Positions 38,094 to 49,066 of a stretch of DNA of 64,000 bases are shown here, piece after piece. The stretch is taken from the NCBI GenBank assembly GCA_041650295.1, contig JBAZLM010000002.1:118911-182910 (forward strand), in the 5' to 3' direction. The stretch's first letter is position 1; the number at the start of each line of letters is the position of its first letter. Below the pieces are notes generated by a model. The model did not search any database, was not told the DNA's origin, and saw nothing but the letters and a program-made list of their open reading frames with translations. The stretch comes from Candidatus Omnitrophota bacterium. Its GTDB lineage: Bacteria > Omnitrophota > Gorgyraeia > Gygaellales > Profunditerraquicolaceae. The translations under genes were made by a program, and so were the position numbers.

Positions 38094-38630
38094 ATGAGTG
38101 AGATAACTGAAGAATTAAAAGCACGTTTTAAGAAAATTAAATTACTTTTACTAGATGTTGATGGGGTTTTAACAGACGGACGCATAATTTATGATTCGCA
38201 CGGCCGAGATTCAAAATTTTTCGATGTACATGATGGCTTAGGGGTTTTTGTTTTAGCTAAATCCGGAATTAAGACAATTTTAATTACAGCTAAAAGCTCT
38301 AAGACAATTAAGCCGCGGGCGCGCGATATGCATGTGGCCGAAGTTTTTGCGGATATTTTTCCTAAGACAGCAGTTTTAGATAAAATTTTAAAAAAATATA
38401 ATGTAAAGGTAGATGAAGTTTGTTTTATGGGAGATGATTTAGTAGATCTAGCGTTAATGCGTAAAGTAGGTTTGCCGATTGCCGTGGCCAATGCTGCTTT
38501 AGAAATTAAAGAGGCCGCTCTTTTCACTACTAATCGTTTAGGTGGTCGAGGTGCGGTCAGAGAAGTTGCGGAGTTAATTCTTAAATTACAGAATAAGTGG
38601 AAAGATATTCTAGGTTTTTATGGAGCTTAA
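38094..38630 (+). CDS. kdsC: KDO-8-phosphate phosphatase (HAD family)
   Basis: 'LLLLDVDGVLTDGRIIYDS' DxD HAD motif. 'CFMGDDLVDL'. Confidence 0.75.
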   Translation: MSEITEELKARFKKIKLLLLDVDGVLTDGRIIYDSHGRDSKFFDVHDGLGVFVLAKSGIKTILITAKSSKTIKPRARDMHVAEVFADIFPKTAVLDKILKKYNVKVDEVCFMGDDLVDLALMRKVGLPIAVANAALEIKEAALFTTNRLGGRGAVREVAELILKLQNKWKDILGFYGA

Positions 38631-39498
38631 AAAAGTATTTTTAGTTTTTGCACTCATGTTTCTTAGTTGCCAGATTTTAATCGCTGAAGAAACTAAAGAA
38701 TCCGCTCAACAGATTGGAGATTTTACTCTTTCTGGTTCTGGAGAAAAAGGCAAAAAGGCTTGGGATTTAGCGGGAAAATCTGCGGATATTGATAATAACG
38801 TAGTTAAGCTTAAAGAAGTAGTGGCGAATAATTATGGTGATAAAGATAGCATTAATTTAACTGCAGATAACGGTAATTTTAATAAAACTAGCGGAGTAGT
38901 GAAATTAAAAGATAATGTGGTAATTACTACTGCCAGTGGAGTAAAGCTTACTACTGATTCATTAGATTGGGACCGTAAGCAGCAGATGTTAACTACTTTA
39001 GATAAAGTTAATTTGGCACGTTCGGATATGAATTTATCTGGCGATGGAGCCAGAGGCCAAACCGCTTTAAAGCAGATTGTTTTAGAAAAGAATGTGCGCT
39101 TGGATATCTCGCCGACAGATAAACAGACTAATAAAAAAGAAAAGATTATGATTATCTGTGATGGTCCGTTAGATGTAGATTATGAAAAAAATATTGCCAT
39201 ATTTAATAATAATGTTAAAGTAGAAAAATCAGATTTAACTATTTATAGCGATAAACTGCAGGTTTATTTTACGACTAAACAGGAAAAAAATAATAAATCA
39301 CAAGATTCTGTAGCTGGGATCTCTAGTGCGATTGATAAAATTATCGCTTTAGGTAATGTGCGTATATTGCGTGGGGAAAATATCTCTTGTAGCCAAGAGG
39401 CAGTTTATACTGCTTTAGATAAAAAGATTACACTCACCGGTAAACCGCAAATCATTATTTATCAAACGGAGAATATGAATGCAACTTTTGGAAACTAA
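38620..39498 (+). CDS. Fused LptC-like / LptA-like periplasmic LPS transport protein (OstA-like beta-jellyroll)
   Basis: Signal/anchor '[17 protein letters not shown]'. Two successive OstA-like halves ('FTLSGS...[22 protein letters not shown]' and 'IICDGPL...[23 protein letters not shown]...ALGNV'). Sits between kdsC and lptB, where separate lptC and lptA genes normally lie. Confidence 0.55.
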   Translation: MELKKVFLVFALMFLSCQILIAEETKESAQQIGDFTLSGSGEKGKKAWDLAGKSADIDNNVVKLKEVVANNYGDKDSINLTADNGNFNKTSGVVKLKDNVVITTASGVKLTTDSLDWDRKQQMLTTLDKVNLARSDMNLSGDGARGQTALKQIVLEKNVRLDISPTDKQTNKKEKIMIICDGPLDVDYEKNIAIFNNNVKVEKSDLTIYSDKLQVYFTTKQEKNNKSQDSVAGISSAIDKIIALGNVRILRGENISCSQEAVYTALDKKITLTGKPQIIIYQTENMNATFGN

Positions 39499-40201
39499 AG
39501 GATTAGCTAAAGTTTATGACGGTCGTATGGTAGTTAAAGGCGTAGATATTACCGTTAAGCGCGGAGAGATTGTGGGGTTATTGGGGCCAAACGGCGCTGG
39601 TAAAACTACAACTTTTTATATGATTGTAGGAATTGTGCCTCCGAATAAGGGGACAATTGTTTTTGATAATCACGATATTACTAGACTGCCTATTCATGAA
39701 CGTGCGCGTTTTGGGATCGGCTATCTTTCACAAGAGGCTTCTATTTTTCGTAAATTAACGGTAGAAGAAAATATCAATGCAATTTTAGAGACTTTGCCAT
39801 TAAGTCGAACTCAGCGTAAGCGTAGGTTGGCTTCCTTGTTAGAAGAGTTAAATATTGCGCATCTGGCAAAAAATAAAGCTTATACGCTTAGTGGTGGCGA
39901 GCGAAGACGTCTGGAGATAACGCGCGCTTTAGTGACTAATCCTTCGTTTATTCTTTTGGATGAACCGTTTTCCGGGATTGATCCGATTGTGGTCAACGAA
40001 GCGCAAGAAATTATTAAAGAATTAAAAGCAAAAGGGCTAGGTATTTTATTGACCGATCACAATGTACGGGAAACTCTCTCGATTACTGACCGGGCTTATT
40101 TGATTTCTGACGGATCAATATTAATTGCTGGCACGGCGCATGACTTGATTAATCATCCTCAAGCGCGTCAGGTTTATTTGGGTGAAAAATTTCGAATGTG
40201 A
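39479..40201 (+). CDS. lptB: LPS export ABC transporter ATP-binding protein
   Basis: '[14 protein letters not shown]' Walker A. '[15 protein letters not shown]' ABC signature. '[11 protein letters not shown]' Walker B. 240 aa. Confidence 0.8.
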   Translation: MQLLETKGLAKVYDGRMVVKGVDITVKRGEIVGLLGPNGAGKTTTFYMIVGIVPPNKGTIVFDNHDITRLPIHERARFGIGYLSQEASIFRKLTVEENINAILETLPLSRTQRKRRLASLLEELNIAHLAKNKAYTLSGGERRRLEITRALVTNPSFILLDEPFSGIDPIVVNEAQEIIKELKAKGLGILLTDHNVRETLSITDRAYLISDGSILIAGTAHDLINHPQARQVYLGEKFRM

Positions 40202-40205
40202 GTGA

Positions 40206-40312
40206 GGGCATAACTTATGGAGCGCTTAGCGCGACATAAGTTATCTGCCCGAACTCATACCCACCAACGTATAAAAATTTTAGAAAATTTTTATACGGCT
40301 TTGAGTGGGTAT
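40206..40312 (+). other. Two strong hairpins between lptB and tig (terminator, attenuator or operator)
   Basis: Hairpin 1: GGGCA-TAACTTATG (40206-19) / CATAAGTTA-tc-TGCCC (40235-50) with an inner GCGC-TTA-GCGC. Hairpin 2: perfect 30-nt AT-rich palindrome CGTATAAAAATTTT-AG-AAAATTTTTATACG (40268-40297), nested in ATACCCAC (40257-64) / GTGGGTAT (40305-12). Confidence 0.35.
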
Positions 40313-40337
40313 TATCGAATGTTAAGAAAGGGAACAA

Positions 40338-41216
40338 ATGAAAACCGAAGTTAAGAAGTTAGATCAAACAAAGTGTGAAATTAATGTAGTGGTAGCCGGT
40401 GAACAGGTAAAAAATAAATTCGAAGAAGTTTTTGCCCAAATTGCAAAAGAAGCAAAAGTTCCGGGTTTTCGTCCGGGTAAAGCTCCGCGGGATCTTTTAG
40501 AAAAACACTATGCAGCACATGTCCACGAGCAGGTTTTAAAAGAGTTGGTTCCAGATGTTTATAATCAGGCAATTAATGCGGAAAAATTAGACGTGATTGA
40601 GCTTCCTCAGATTACTGATGTAAAGCTAGATCGCAGTAATCTTTCTTTTAAAGCAGTGGTAGAGGTGACTCCGGAAATTGCGCTTAAAAATTATAAGAAT
40701 CAAAAGATTACTTTTAAAACGGTTTCGGTGACTGCAGATGAAATTAAAAGACAGATTGATTCGGTTAAAGAAGCGCGCAAAGCAGAAGCTTTAGATGATA
40801 AGTTTAGCCGTTCTTTAGGTTATCCTAATTTCGCGGAACTAGAGAAGGCCGTAGAGCGACAGATTTTTATCACTAAAGAAAATCAAGAACGGGCACGCAT
40901 TGAAAATGAATTGATTGAAAATATTATGAAAGGTTTAGAGTTTAAAGTTCCGCAAAGTTTAGTGGAGCGACAAACTCAAGATATGTTACGCCAGTCTAAA
41001 ATTGATTTGGCAATGAAAGGAATCCCTCGGGAAAAAATTGATGAGCAGGAGAAATTATTATTAGAAGGGATCGAGCCAGAAGCCAAAAAACAAGTTAAAG
41101 TGTATTTGGTCTTATCGCAAATTGCCAAAAAAGAAAATATAGCTATTGATGATCATATGCCACGCAAGGTCATAGAATTTTTATTAAAAGAAGCGGATTG
41201 GCAGGAGACTGCTTAA
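40338..41216 (+). CDS. tig: Trigger factor, short form lacking the central FKBP-type PPIase domain
   Basis: 'FAQIAKEAKVPGFRPGKAPRDLLEKHY' is the ribosome-binding signature. Only 292 aa, versus about 430 for canonical Tig. The N-domain runs directly into a C-domain-like helical region. Confidence 0.7.
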   Translation: MKTEVKKLDQTKCEINVVVAGEQVKNKFEEVFAQIAKEAKVPGFRPGKAPRDLLEKHYAAHVHEQVLKELVPDVYNQAINAEKLDVIELPQITDVKLDRSNLSFKAVVEVTPEIALKNYKNQKITFKTVSVTADEIKRQIDSVKEARKAEALDDKFSRSLGYPNFAELEKAVERQIFITKENQERARIENELIENIMKGLEFKVPQSLVERQTQDMLRQSKIDLAMKGIPREKIDEQEKLLLEGIEPEAKKQVKVYLVLSQIAKKENIAIDDHMPRKVIEFLLKEADWQETA

Positions 41217-41231
41217 AAACGGAGGAGAAAA

Positions 41232-41858
41232 ATGGAAACTAAAATAGAAACTAGAATGCAAAATTTTGTTCCAATGGTTATTGAACAAACTCCCCGGGGT
41301 TTTGAGCGGGCTTATGATATTTATTCGCGTCTCTTAAAAGATCGCATCTTATTCATCGGCACTCCGATTGATGATTATGTAGCTAATTTAGTGATTGCGC
41401 AGCTACTTTTTTTACAGATGGAAGATAAGGACAAGGATATTAATGTTTATATTAATTCTCCTGGGGGTTCAGTGACTGCAGGTTTAGCTATTTATGATAC
41501 GATGCAATTTATAAAGTGTGATGTAGCCACTTATTGTGTCGGCCAAGCTGCAAGTATGGGGGCAGTTTTATTATCTGCGGGGACTAAAGGAAAGCGTTTT
41601 GTTTTGCCCAACTCTCGGGTGATGATTCATCAACCTTGGGGTGGCGTACAAGGTGCGGCGGCGGATATCTCAATTCAAGCCAAGGAAATTTTAAAACTTC
41701 GTGATCGACTCAACGAGATTTTAATGCGACATACCGGTCAGTCATTAGAAAAAATACAAAAAGATACGGATCGCGATTATTTTATGTCGGCTCAAGAATC
41801 TAAGGATTATGGTTTGGTGGATGAGGTAATCTTGCCGGAAACCAAAAAAAACAGGTAA
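41232..41858 (+). CDS. clpP: ATP-dependent Clp protease proteolytic subunit
   Basis: '[23 protein letters not shown]', '[14 protein letters not shown]' (active-site Ser) and 'VMIHQP' (His). Confidence 0.9.
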   Translation: METKIETRMQNFVPMVIEQTPRGFERAYDIYSRLLKDRILFIGTPIDDYVANLVIAQLLFLQMEDKDKDINVYINSPGGSVTAGLAIYDTMQFIKCDVATYCVGQAASMGAVLLSAGTKGKRFVLPNSRVMIHQPWGGVQGAAADISIQAKEILKLRDRLNEILMRHTGQSLEKIQKDTDRDYFMSAQESKDYGLVDEVILPETKKNR

Positions 41859-41941
41859 GACTATAACCTATACAGTAAAACAAAACAAGTTGTTTTGATT
41901 CAATCCAATATTTATAACTTAATAGAAAGAGAGAGAATAAG

Positions 41942-43078
41942 ATGAGAAAAGAATATTTGTTAACACCTGGTCCTACTCCTTTACCACCGCAAATTAGTTT
42001 AACTATGGCTAAGCCGATTATTCATCACCGGACGCCGCAGTTTCAAGAGATTTTAAAAGAAGCTACTGCTGGATTAAAATGGGCTTTTCAAACTGCCAAT
42101 GACGTTTTTATTATTTCTTCTTCAGGTACAGGGGCAATGGAAGCAGCAGTGATTAATTTGCTTTCAGCTGGGGATACCGCTTTAGTGGTACAGGGTGGAA
42201 AATTTGGCGAAAGATGGACGGAACTTTGCAAGGCTTATGGAATTAATGCTGAAGTTCTGGATGTAGAGTGGGGCAAATCAGTAAGCCCGGATGAAATTGC
42301 TAAAAGATTAAAAGCTAATCCGCAGATCAAGGTGGTATTTATAACTTTATGTGAAACTTCTACGGGCGTGGATAATGATGTAGAAGCGATTGCTTCGGTA
42401 GTTAAGCAAACTTCCGCAGTTTTAGCTGTAGATGCAATTAGCGGACTCGGCGCTGTAGATTTAAAAACTGATGCCTGGGGAGTTGATGTGGTAGTTGCCG
42501 GATCTCAAAAAGGGTTAATGTTACCTCCGGGATTAGGTTTTATTACCGTGGGAGCAAAAGCCTGGAAATTGGTTGAGGCTTCTAAAACTGGTCGCTACTA
42601 TTTAGATTTAAGAAAAGCTAAAAAAGCGATTGATAAAAATGATACGCCATTTACTTCGGCGATTACTTTAATCGATGCTTTAAATGAAGCTTTAAAATTG
42701 ATGCAAAAAGATGGCTTAGAATATATTTTCAAACGTCACAAGACTATGGCTATGGCTACTCGAGCTGCCGCTAAAGCTTTAGGACTAGAACTATTTGCCC
42801 CGACGGCAGCTTCCAATGGCGTTACGGCAATTAGGATGCCTGCAGGTGTTGATGGTGAAAAATTAGTGAAGACTATGCGTGATACCTATGGAGTAACTAT
42901 TGCTGGAGGTCAGGATGTTTTAAAGGGTAAAGTTATTCGTATTGCGCATATGGGTTATATTACTGAAAGTGATATTATTACTGGTTTAGCTTGTTTAGAA
43001 AAAGTTTTAACGCAAATGGGTTATAAGTTTACGCTAGGTGCTGGGGTTGCCGCTGCGCAAGCAATATTTCTTCAATAA
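41942..43078 (+). CDS. Class V aminotransferase (AGXT / serine-pyruvate family; likely the phosphoserine aminotransferase partner of serA)
   Basis: 'LLTPGPTPLPPQI' N-terminus. 'VAGSQKGLMLPPGLGF' PLP-lysine region. Lies immediately upstream of serA. Confidence 0.7.
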   Translation: MRKEYLLTPGPTPLPPQISLTMAKPIIHHRTPQFQEILKEATAGLKWAFQTANDVFIISSSGTGAMEAAVINLLSAGDTALVVQGGKFGERWTELCKAYGINAEVLDVEWGKSVSPDEIAKRLKANPQIKVVFITLCETSTGVDNDVEAIASVVKQTSAVLAVDAISGLGAVDLKTDAWGVDVVVAGSQKGLMLPPGLGFITVGAKAWKLVEASKTGRYYLDLRKAKKAIDKNDTPFTSAITLIDALNEALKLMQKDGLEYIFKRHKTMAMATRAAAKALGLELFAPTAASNGVTAIRMPAGVDGEKLVKTMRDTYGVTIAGGQDVLKGKVIRIAHMGYITESDIITGLACLEKVLTQMGYKFTLGAGVAAAQAIFLQ

Positions 43079-43099
43079 TTATAATTAAGGGGAACTAAG

Positions 43100-44694
43100 A
43101 TGATTAAAGTTTTGATTAGCGATGCATTAAGTGAAGAAGGATTAAAAGTATTTAAAGATTCTAAAGAGTTGACCGTGGATGTCAAAACAGATTTAAAGCC
43201 AGATGCTTTAAAAGAAATTATTAAAGATTATGATGCTTTGGTGGTGCGCAGTGCCACTAAAGTGACTAAAGAAATTATTGAGGCAGCTAAAAAATTAAAA
43301 GTTATTGGTCGAGCCGGTGTGGGTTTAGATAACGTGGATTTAGAGGCGGCAACCGCTAAGGGGATTATTGTGATGAATACTCCGGCGGGAAATACCATTT
43401 CTACTGCCGAACATACCTTTAGTATGATTTTAGCTTTGTCACGTAGTATTCCTCAGGCAAATTCTTCCATGAAAAAAGGAGAGTGGAAACGTTCTAAGTT
43501 TATGGGAGTAGAGCTATATAGTAAAGTTTTAGGTATTGTGGGATTTGGCAGAATCGGTTCAGAGGTTGCCAAGCGTGCTAAATCATTTGGGATGAAAGTT
43601 TTAGCTTTTGATCCTTTCTTATCTAAGCAAGTAGCTGAAGATATTGGAGTAGAGATTGCTGAATTAAAAAAAGTATTGCAGGAATCCGATTATATCACGG
43701 TACATACTCCTTTGACTGACGAGACTCGACATATGATTTCGGATGCACAGTTTGGGATGATGAAAAAAGGTGTGCGCATGATTAATTGTGCTCGCGGTGG
43801 AATTATCGATGAAGTGGCTTTAGCCAAAGCGGTTAAAGAGGGTAAAGTGGCTGGTGCAGCGATGGATGTTTTCGAAAATGAACCGCTTTCTGCAGAGAGT
43901 GAACTTTTAAAATTAGATAATGTGATTACTACTCCACATTTGGGTGCGTCGACGGAAGAGGCACAGGTTAATGTGGCCATCGAAGTAGCTGAAATTGTGC
44001 GGGATGCACTTTTAGGTAAAGGAATTCGTAACGCCGCCAATTATCCTTGTTTAGATGCAGAGAGTTGCAATACTTTAAATCCTTATATTAATTTAGCGGA
44101 AAAATTAGGAATGTTTGCCGCACAATTGGTGGAGGGAAGATTTTAGAATTAACGATTAGTTATAGCGGACAGATTACTAAATATAATTTAAGTCCGGTAA
44201 CCATGGCTTTGGTTAAAGGGATGTTGACTCCAATATTAAAAGATACCGTGAATTTTGTGAATGGTTTATCTTTACTTAAGGAAAGAGGAATAAAGTTACT
44301 TGAGTCAAAATCCGGGCAAGAAGGTGAATTTGTTAATCTTATCCAATTAGAGATTAAAACCGATAAAGAAACTAAGTCGATTATGGGGACACTTTCGGCA
44401 AATAAACAGCCTAGAATTGTTAAGATCGACGATTATTATTTAGACTTATATCCGATTGGGGAGATGATTTTTATTCGTAATTTAGATAAGCCAGGTTTAA
44501 TTGGAAATTTAGGGACATTGATGGCTAAGAATAGTATTAATATTGCGGCGATGGCTTTGGGGCGCAATAAACCCGGCGATAAAGCGATTAGTGTTTGGAG
44601 CGTAGATAAGCAGGTAACTGCAGAGCTCCAAGATAAAATAAAACAATTAGAAAATATTGTAACGGTAAAGGTAATTCGACTTGAAAAAAATTAA
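43100..44694 (+). pseudogene. serA: D-3-phosphoglycerate dehydrogenase, interrupted by an apparent frameshift near 44125-44140 (genuine pseudogene or sequencing indel)
   Basis: Frame A (43100-44146) reads '...LNPYINLAEKLGMFAAQLVEGRF*'. The frame of 44203-44694 is open back to at least 44101 and reads '...TIGGGKILELTISYSGQITKYNLSPVTMALVKG...' (ASB + ACT domains). A single indel within 'TTGGTGGAGGGAAG' restores one SerA of about 530 aa. Confidence 0.7.
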
Positions 44695-46408
44695 AATCGC
44701 AGTACTATTTCTAAGTCTTTTAGGTTTAACTGCTACTAGTTTGCATGCTAAGAATATAACTATTCTTTATACTGGCCAAACGCATGCTATGCTTTATCCA
44801 TGTAGTTGTCCAGTGCAAGTTGACGGTGGAATTGCGCGTCGAGCTAGTTTAGTGCAGGAGTTAAGAAGAAAAGATCCGCAGCTTTTACTTTTGGATTGTG
44901 GTAATTTCACGGCTAGTGGTTTGATGGACGAATATACCCAGAACACGCAGTTGGATATGGCGCGTTCGCAAGTTAATTATCAGTCGATGGAGTTAATGAA
45001 ATACGATGCGGTAGCGATAGGCTCGGATGAATTTAATTTTGGTAAAGAGTTCTTTTTAAAAAATGCTAAAAAAAATAATCCGGTTTATCTGAGTGCTAAT
45101 CTAGAGGCAGAAAACGTATCTCCCTATATAATTAAAGATGTTAACGGGGTTAAGGTTGGGATTATCGGGCTAACTGGTTTATCTGTGCGTCAGAAAGCAG
45201 AGGGGATAAATATTAGTGAACCTAGAAAAATTGCCGAACTTGTTAAGCAATTAAAAAATGAGGGTGTTGCGGTAATTGTTCTTTTAAGTACTTTGGGTGA
45301 ACAGGAAGATTTGAAATTAGTTGCTGAAGTCAAAGGTATTGATATTGTTTTTATTGGACAAAATCCTTTAAAAGATGAGTCTTTGACTAAAATTGGCTCA
45401 ACTTTCTTTTTGCGTCCGAGTTGGCAGGCTCGCAAGCTAGGAAGATTAATTTTAGAGATTAATAATGGTCATTTGATTAATTGTAAGTTGGATGAAATAC
45501 GTTTATCGGATAAGTACGTTGATCATGAAGAGATCAAAGCTATTTTACCTAGCTGTTATTCTGATGTTAATTGTAAAGATAAAGGGTTAACCGGAAGTTG
45601 TCAGAATCCCGGTAAGTTAACTGCTAGCTGTTCATTTAAAGTACCAAATAAAATTAATTTATGGGTAGTTACGGCTAAAGATTGTTCTATCTGTAATTCC
45701 GAGGAAGTAGTAAATGCGTTAAAGAAAAAATTTCCTGGGGTAATTACTAAATATTTTTATTATCCTGACCCTTCGGCAAAAAAATTAATTAAGGATTTAT
45801 CTATTCCGGGTTTACCGGCTTATCTCTTTGGTAAGGAAGTAGCTAAAGATGAAAATTTTTACGGGATTAAAGATGATTTATCGTTAGTTCAAGATCGTTA
45901 TCTATTAAAATTACAAAAAACCGGGATCTCTTATTTTTTTGATCGACCACTTAAGAATTCTGCTTTTGATCTGTTTTTAAGTATATATGAAAAAGATGCG
46001 ACTGGGGTATTAGAGGCGACCAAAGAGTTTAAAACAACCTTACATTTTTTGGCTATTCAAACCGATAAAGGATTTGAAGCAAAAAATGGTGTAGCCGAAG
46101 TTGAAGAAGATTTGCGCGGGGTTTGTGTGGCGAAATATTATCCGCAAAAGTTTTGGGATTATTTGATCTGTCGTTCTAAGAATATTCATAGTGCTTATTG
46201 GGAAGACTGTCTGGGAGATTTAGATGCATCTAGAATTAAGAGTTGTGCTAGAGGTTCTCAAGGTGAAGAACTATTAAAAGAAAATATTAGTTTAAATAAA
46301 GAACTTAAAATTATGTTTGGCCCGACATATCTTTTACATAATCGAGAAGTATTTTCTACTCAAGGTAAAGTAACTAAACAAGGGCTTAAGAAGATAATAA
46401 AAAATTAA
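44681..46408 (+). CDS. Secreted protein: degenerate 5'-nucleotidase/calcineurin-like phosphoesterase domain + thioredoxin-like (CxxC) domain + second DsbA/Trx-like domain
   Basis: Signal peptide. 'ITILYTGQTHAMLYP', 'LLLDCGNFTASG' and 'AVAIGSDEFNFG' align to the UshA 'ILHTNDxHG / LLLDAGDxxQG / ALGNHEFD' motifs but with the metal ligands substituted. 'WVVTAKDCSICNSEE...PGLPAYLFG' is a Trx fold with CxxC and cis-Pro. Later 'FGPTYLLHN' is a second cis-Pro/Trx-like fold. Confidence 0.4.
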   Translation: MKKIKIAVLFLSLLGLTATSLHAKNITILYTGQTHAMLYPCSCPVQVDGGIARRASLVQELRRKDPQLLLLDCGNFTASGLMDEYTQNTQLDMARSQVNYQSMELMKYDAVAIGSDEFNFGKEFFLKNAKKNNPVYLSANLEAENVSPYIIKDVNGVKVGIIGLTGLSVRQKAEGINISEPRKIAELVKQLKNEGVAVIVLLSTLGEQEDLKLVAEVKGIDIVFIGQNPLKDESLTKIGSTFFLRPSWQARKLGRLILEINNGHLINCKLDEIRLSDKYVDHEEIKAILPSCYSDVNCKDKGLTGSCQNPGKLTASCSFKVPNKINLWVVTAKDCSICNSEEVVNALKKKFPGVITKYFYYPDPSAKKLIKDLSIPGLPAYLFGKEVAKDENFYGIKDDLSLVQDRYLLKLQKTGISYFFDRPLKNSAFDLFLSIYEKDATGVLEATKEFKTTLHFLAIQTDKGFEAKNGVAEVEEDLRGVCVAKYYPQKFWDYLICRSKNIHSAYWEDCLGDLDASRIKSCARGSQGEELLKENISLNKELKIMFGPTYLLHNREVFSTQGKVTKQGLKKIIKN

Positions 46409-46446
46409 CGGAGGATCCTTGGTAATTGAACCAGGATTAAATAATT

Positions 46447-47685
46447 ATGGCGCATAAACCAACAATTTATTTATTGGATGTAACTAATCGTGATGGTGTA
46501 CAGACTTCACGGATCTGTCTTTCTAAATTACAGAAGACAATGATTAACTGGTATCTTGATCGGATGGGTGTTTATCAATCGGAGTTTGGTTTTCCCTTAA
46601 CCCGTCATGAGACTAATTATTTAAATGCCAATCTGGAGTTAGTTAAATTAGGTGGTTTTTCTAGAATTTGGTTAAGTGGATGGTTGAGGGCGACTAAAGA
46701 TGATGTTAAGACTGCTTTTAAATTAGTGCCGCAATTAAAATATTTAAACCTTTCAATTTCTACTAGTGATCAGATGATTGTGCATAAATTTAAAGGTAAA
46801 CTTGATCACCAATCAATTATTGCTGAGATGCAGGAGGCGGTGCTTGAAGCGAAAAAATTAGGTGCTGAATCTATTGGGGTAAATGCTGAAGATGCTTCGC
46901 GTACTAAGATTGATTATTTAATTGAGTTTGCGTTAAAAGCCAAAGAGGCAGGAGCAGCTAGAATTCGTTATTGTGATACTTTAGGCTGCGATACTCCTTT
47001 TAGTATTTATGAACGGATTAAATTATTAGCGCAAGCAGTAAAACTACCTATTGAAGTGCACTGTCATAATGATTTAGGTTTAGTTGTTGCCAATTCTATT
47101 GCTGGGGCTAAGGCGGCTAGTGATGCTGGAGTAGATTCTTATATTAACACTTGTGTTAATGGTATGGGAGAGCGTGCAGGAAATGCTGATTTGGTTTCCG
47201 TAATTTTAGCAATTAAACATGGCCAAGGTATGCAAGATTATCATTTGGATGAAAAAGTAGATTTAAAGATGGCTTGGAAGATTTGCAAATATGCTTCTTA
47301 TGCTTTTGGTGTACCGATTCCGATAAATCAACCCGGTGTGGGAGCTAATGCTTTTGCGCATGAATCCGGAATTCATGCTGACGGCGCCTTAAAAGATAGA
47401 CGTAATTATGAACTTTATGATTATGAAGAGTTAGGCCGTGGGGAGCCAGAGATAATTGAAACTGGTAGAAAGATTACGGCTGGAGAATACTCTGGAATTA
47501 AGGGCTTTCGCAATGTTTATGAAAAATTAGAAGTGGCTTTTAAAGATGATGCGCAGGCGACGCGTATTTTAGAGCTGGTTCGCTATGCTAATGTGCATAA
47601 TCAAAGGCCATTGGTAGATGATGAGCTAAATTTTATTGCTAAGTATCCAGATATTGCGCATAAAATTTTTACGATGACTCCGTAA
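46447..47685 (+). CDS. HMGL-like DRE-TIM metallolyase (homocitrate / 2-isopropylmalate / citramalate synthase family)
   Basis: 'YLLDVTNRDGVQT' N-terminal catalytic motif. 'HCHNDLGLVVANSIAGAKAASDAG' metal-binding region. 412 aa without the LeuA regulatory domain. Confidence 0.55.
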   Translation: MAHKPTIYLLDVTNRDGVQTSRICLSKLQKTMINWYLDRMGVYQSEFGFPLTRHETNYLNANLELVKLGGFSRIWLSGWLRATKDDVKTAFKLVPQLKYLNLSISTSDQMIVHKFKGKLDHQSIIAEMQEAVLEAKKLGAESIGVNAEDASRTKIDYLIEFALKAKEAGAARIRYCDTLGCDTPFSIYERIKLLAQAVKLPIEVHCHNDLGLVVANSIAGAKAASDAGVDSYINTCVNGMGERAGNADLVSVILAIKHGQGMQDYHLDEKVDLKMAWKICKYASYAFGVPIPINQPGVGANAFAHESGIHADGALKDRRNYELYDYEELGRGEPEIIETGRKITAGEYSGIKGFRNVYEKLEVAFKDDAQATRILELVRYANVHNQRPLVDDELNFIAKYPDIAHKIFTMTP

Positions 47686-47706
47686 GTAATTATTTAATCA
47701 AGTTAA

Positions 47707-48990
<1,284 letters not shown>

Positions 48991-49009
48991 GTGGTTGAAG
49001 ACAAAACAC

Positions 49010-49038
49010 TTGACTGCAATAGATGGTTGTGTTATATT
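49010..49038 (+). promoter_or_regulatory. Near-consensus sigma70-type promoter upstream of the OmpA-family gene
   Basis: TTGACT (49010-15), 17-nt spacer, TATATT (49033-38). RBS AAGGAG before ATG 49067. Confidence 0.45.
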
Positions 49039-49066
49039 CAGATTTCAATCAAAAAAGGAGAGTTAA

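Noticed and set aside
41859-41941. Palindrome 'CAAAACAAGTTGTTTTG' after clpP as a terminator
   Set aside because: The stem is short and AT-only with no following U tract, which is too weak to call
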